64,000 nt of DNA, taken from positions 62,001 to 126,000 of the forward strand of contig QPGO01000182.1 of assembly GCA_008632985.1 (NCBI GenBank). The letters run 5' to 3'. The notes below the pieces were generated by a model. The model searched no databases, was not told where the DNA came from, and worked only from the letters and a program-made list of their open reading frames with translations. This document shows, piece after piece, positions 61,689 to 64,000 of this stretch (positions are counted from its first letter, which is position 1; the number at the start of each line of letters is the position of its first letter). This DNA is from Psammoneis japonica. Taxonomy: Eukaryota. The translations under genes and the position numbers were made by a program.

Positions 61689-62831
61689 ATGATGTTTGCT
61701 TTAAGAGTTAACCAGCATCACCGCAGCCTCGTTTGGCTGCTACTGTTGTGTTTTGCTTTTGGTATTGTGCTGGGATTTACTGCGAGGACGTCGTTTCTGA
61801 GACCCTCCTCATCCTCCACAAGATCCAGCAGATTGTTCGATGGCACGGGCGTAGCAAAAGACTATTCGTGGAGAGAAGACGCGCTCGAGATTGAAATCAC
61901 TGTTACTGTTCCAGCGAGAGTTCGTGCTAGGAATGTGTCCTTTAAGGCGAAACAAAAGTCGATTGATTTGAGACTCAAAGCCGATGACGAACACGAGGAG
62001 GAGATCTTGTTGGACGGAGACCGAGAAATGAGAGGAAAAGTGTGCTTTGATGGGACGTACTGGGTGATTGAGGAGAACGAAGAGGATCGGACCAAGAAGG
62101 AAATCACAGTGACAGTGGAGAAGAACATGAGGCCTCCCAAGGATGACTTTGAGATTATTGAGTACGACTGGAAAGGGGTTTATCTGGATGATGAGGATGA
62201 AGTTACAGAGCGAAAGTATGAAGAACCTGAAGAACTTAACGTCAGGGAGTATGCTGCTAGTATGGGAGTGGATATTGATAATATAAACATGTCAAAGGTC
62301 GACAAGTCAATGTTCTCATCAGGGCTCAATATGACACGGCGGACGCTCGACGAACTCACCAAGGCTGGCTATGTTCAAGAGGTTACTCAACAGGCGGACG
62401 GCAAAGAATTCACGGAAGGCGAAGATGGTGAAGCAGTGCCTTTCTCCATGCTGGGAGACAAAATTGGGCACGAAGAAACCGAACCAGCACCCGGTACTGC
62501 AAAGATTCCATTTTTAGACACTGCATCACCATGGCACAAATCTGTACCCGTTGAAGATCTAAAGTATGACGGGCCTGAAACGATGGATTCAAATGTGCCT
62601 GCAGCAGAACAAGAGGTCGTTGAAGAGGCAGTAGAGGATCCTGCAGACAAACCCTTGGATTTACGAGAAGCTATTGATCCAATTGATACACTCACAGTCA
62701 AACGCCTCCGAGAGGTACTTCGAGAGCAGGGTCTCAAAGTATCGGGTAAGAAGCAAGAACTGCGCGACCGCCTTCGGAATCATGTGCAAAGCTTGATGCG
62801 AGAAGATGACAATAAAACCAGCCAAGGATAG
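61689..62831 (+). CDS. CS (p23/NudC-like) plus SAP domain protein with likely plastid presequence
   Basis: Signal peptide then GF. YSWREDALEIEITVTVP..TYWVIE..VTVEK. C-terminal LTVKRLREVLREQGLKVSGKKQELRDRL. Confidence 0.8.
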   Translation: MMFALRVNQHHRSLVWLLLLCFAFGIVLGFTARTSFLRPSSSSTRSSRLFDGTGVAKDYSWREDALEIEITVTVPARVRARNVSFKAKQKSIDLRLKADDEHEEEILLDGDREMRGKVCFDGTYWVIEENEEDRTKKEITVTVEKNMRPPKDDFEIIEYDWKGVYLDDEDEVTERKYEEPEELNVREYAASMGVDIDNINMSKVDKSMFSSGLNMTRRTLDELTKAGYVQEVTQQADGKEFTEGEDGEAVPFSMLGDKIGHEETEPAPGTAKIPFLDTASPWHKSVPVEDLKYDGPETMDSNVPAAEQEVVEEAVEDPADKPLDLREAIDPIDTLTVKRLREVLREQGLKVSGKKQELRDRLRNHVQSLMREDDNKTSQG

Positions 62832-62885
62832 CGCCAACTAACGAACTCTCCCTTACATAATCTTTTTTTTTCATCTTGATTTACT

Positions 62886-64000
62886 TCAATCACAAACGTT
62901 TCGTTTCCACTCTTGAGGGATGGTCTTGAGGATGGTTGCCATCCTGTGATCACCAGGCCTTCGTGTCTTTGGTATTCCGAGAAGCTGCCGGAATTGCTTA
63001 TCTGAACATGCATTCCGGACTTGAGTTAAAACAAAACTGTCTACCTGGCCGTCGTCGCAACATTGTTTGAAGGTAGAGGCCAATAATTCTGTTCGCGACT
63101 TGTCTGTAGGTGTCAGATTTGATATTGCTTTGAACAGTGTCCCGTACGTGATAAAATTAGGACGTTCCACTTTGCAGAGCTTTCGAAATGTCCTCATGGC
63201 GACAGCAAACGCATCGCGTTTCTTTCTTGGAGGGTTGCCAGCGCCCTGGTATGCAGCACAGTTAATCACAGACGAGTAGGTTGTAATGTCTGGGCGTAAT
63301 CCATGCGGATCAGAACGATACCTTTCTTCTAACTTCTCGAGTATTCTTTCGGCGCGATGAATTGCATCTGGTTCCTTGCTTCTTCCCCATGCCTTGATGA
63401 CTATATTGTAGCACACAATAGATTGGTGAAAACCCCGTTCCTCTACCGTCATCTCTTCTAGATGATCGAGAAGCTGCTGTGCCCGCCGAGCGCCCCCATT
63501 GCGTGCTTGATTCGCCCACGCATTCAGCACACCGCAAAACGTCATATGATCAGGCCTGACAGACTCATCTCCGTTTCTATACTCAGCTTCCATCCACTTT
63601 ACAATCTTTTCAGCCTGTACCGCGGCTTGACGATGGTCACTTTGAGACCACGCGTTGATTAGAGCATTGAAAACTATCCGGCTCGGCTTCTCGAAGCTAC
63701 TATTCTCCGTATGGAGTCTCATTACACGACGCACTGTTTCTTGTGCCCGTTGTGCAGCGACAGTCTTATCGCTAATCTTGCGCTGAAACGCGTTTATCAT
63801 CGTCACATAAGTGATGGCGTTTGGTTTCAAGTCTGGATCTCCGGTCTCGGCAAACTTCTGTTCCAAACGTTTTAGAATATCTTCGGCACGATCCACGCCA
63901 TCTTCATGCCCACTGTGACTCCATGCTCTCATAACCGTCGTGTAGCAGACAACATTGGCTCGAATTGAGACTTGACCCATTTCGAAGAGCTGCTCGAAAT
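62886..64000 (-). CDS. Pentatricopeptide repeat protein, C-terminal part (extends beyond the window)
   Basis: Repeats VCYTTVMRAWS, ITYVTMINAF, IVFNALINAWS, VCYNIVIKAWG, TTYSSVINCAA. Confidence 0.9.
   Translation of the reverse strand, partial: FEQLFEMGQVSIRANVVCYTTVMRAWSHSGHEDGVDRAEDILKRLEQKFAETGDPDLKPNAITYVTMINAFQRKISDKTVAAQRAQETVRRVMRLHTENSSFEKPSRIVFNALINAWSQSDHRQAAVQAEKIVKWMEAEYRNGDESVRPDHMTFCGVLNAWANQARNGGARRAQQLLDHLEEMTVEERGFHQSIVCYNIVIKAWGRSKEPDAIHRAERILEKLEERYRSDPHGLRPDITTYSSVINCAAYQGAGNPPRKKRDAFAVAMRTFRKLCKVERPNFITYGTLFKAISNLTPTDKSRTELLASTFKQCCDDGQVDSFVLTQVRNACSDKQFRQLLGIPKTRRPGDHRMATILKTIPQEWKRNVCD

Noticed and set aside
1..64000. rRNA or tRNA genes; diversity-generating retroelement
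   Set aside because: No RNA gene was recognisable by eye. DGRs mutate A to any base on one strand in a short variable repeat, whereas here the changes are transitions only, TpA-specific, on both strands and across kilobases.

Overview
This is eukaryotic DNA, most likely a pennate diatom: it carries CoDi-type Ty1/copia motifs, short GT-AG introns and bipartite signal-plus-AF/GF plastid presequences. Ordinary gene blocks alternate with transposon-rich blocks (about 1-13150, 27150-40950, 48250-54300). The gene blocks encode a GT4 glycosyltransferase, ArfGAP, an AAA+ ATPase, cysteine synthase, TAF7, a nitroreductase, a CS+SAP protein and a PPR protein. The strongest signal is that the transposon blocks have lost almost all TpA dinucleotides by TpA->TpG/CpA transitions on both strands, on top of CpG loss. 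In one gypsy element with a 4-bp TSD, a hand alignment shows about 25 of the 29 TpA sites in the 5' LTR converted in the 3' LTR. Copia, Tc1/mariner and a PD-(D/E)XK nuclease gene are recoded Tyr->Cys/His, including RT YVDD->HADD. This looks like a post-insertion, DNA-level, RIP-analogous but chemically different (A:T->G:C) repeat mutagenesis. I know of no description of it but cannot check the literature or exclude a basecalling artefact. The second highlight is an apparently intronless TIR / transmembrane / Schlafen-like SF1 helicase / TIR gene (13217-17974), a candidate innate-immunity protein. The assembly appears to contain single-base deletions in homopolymers, so several gene frameshifts are probably errors. 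All counts were made by eye.
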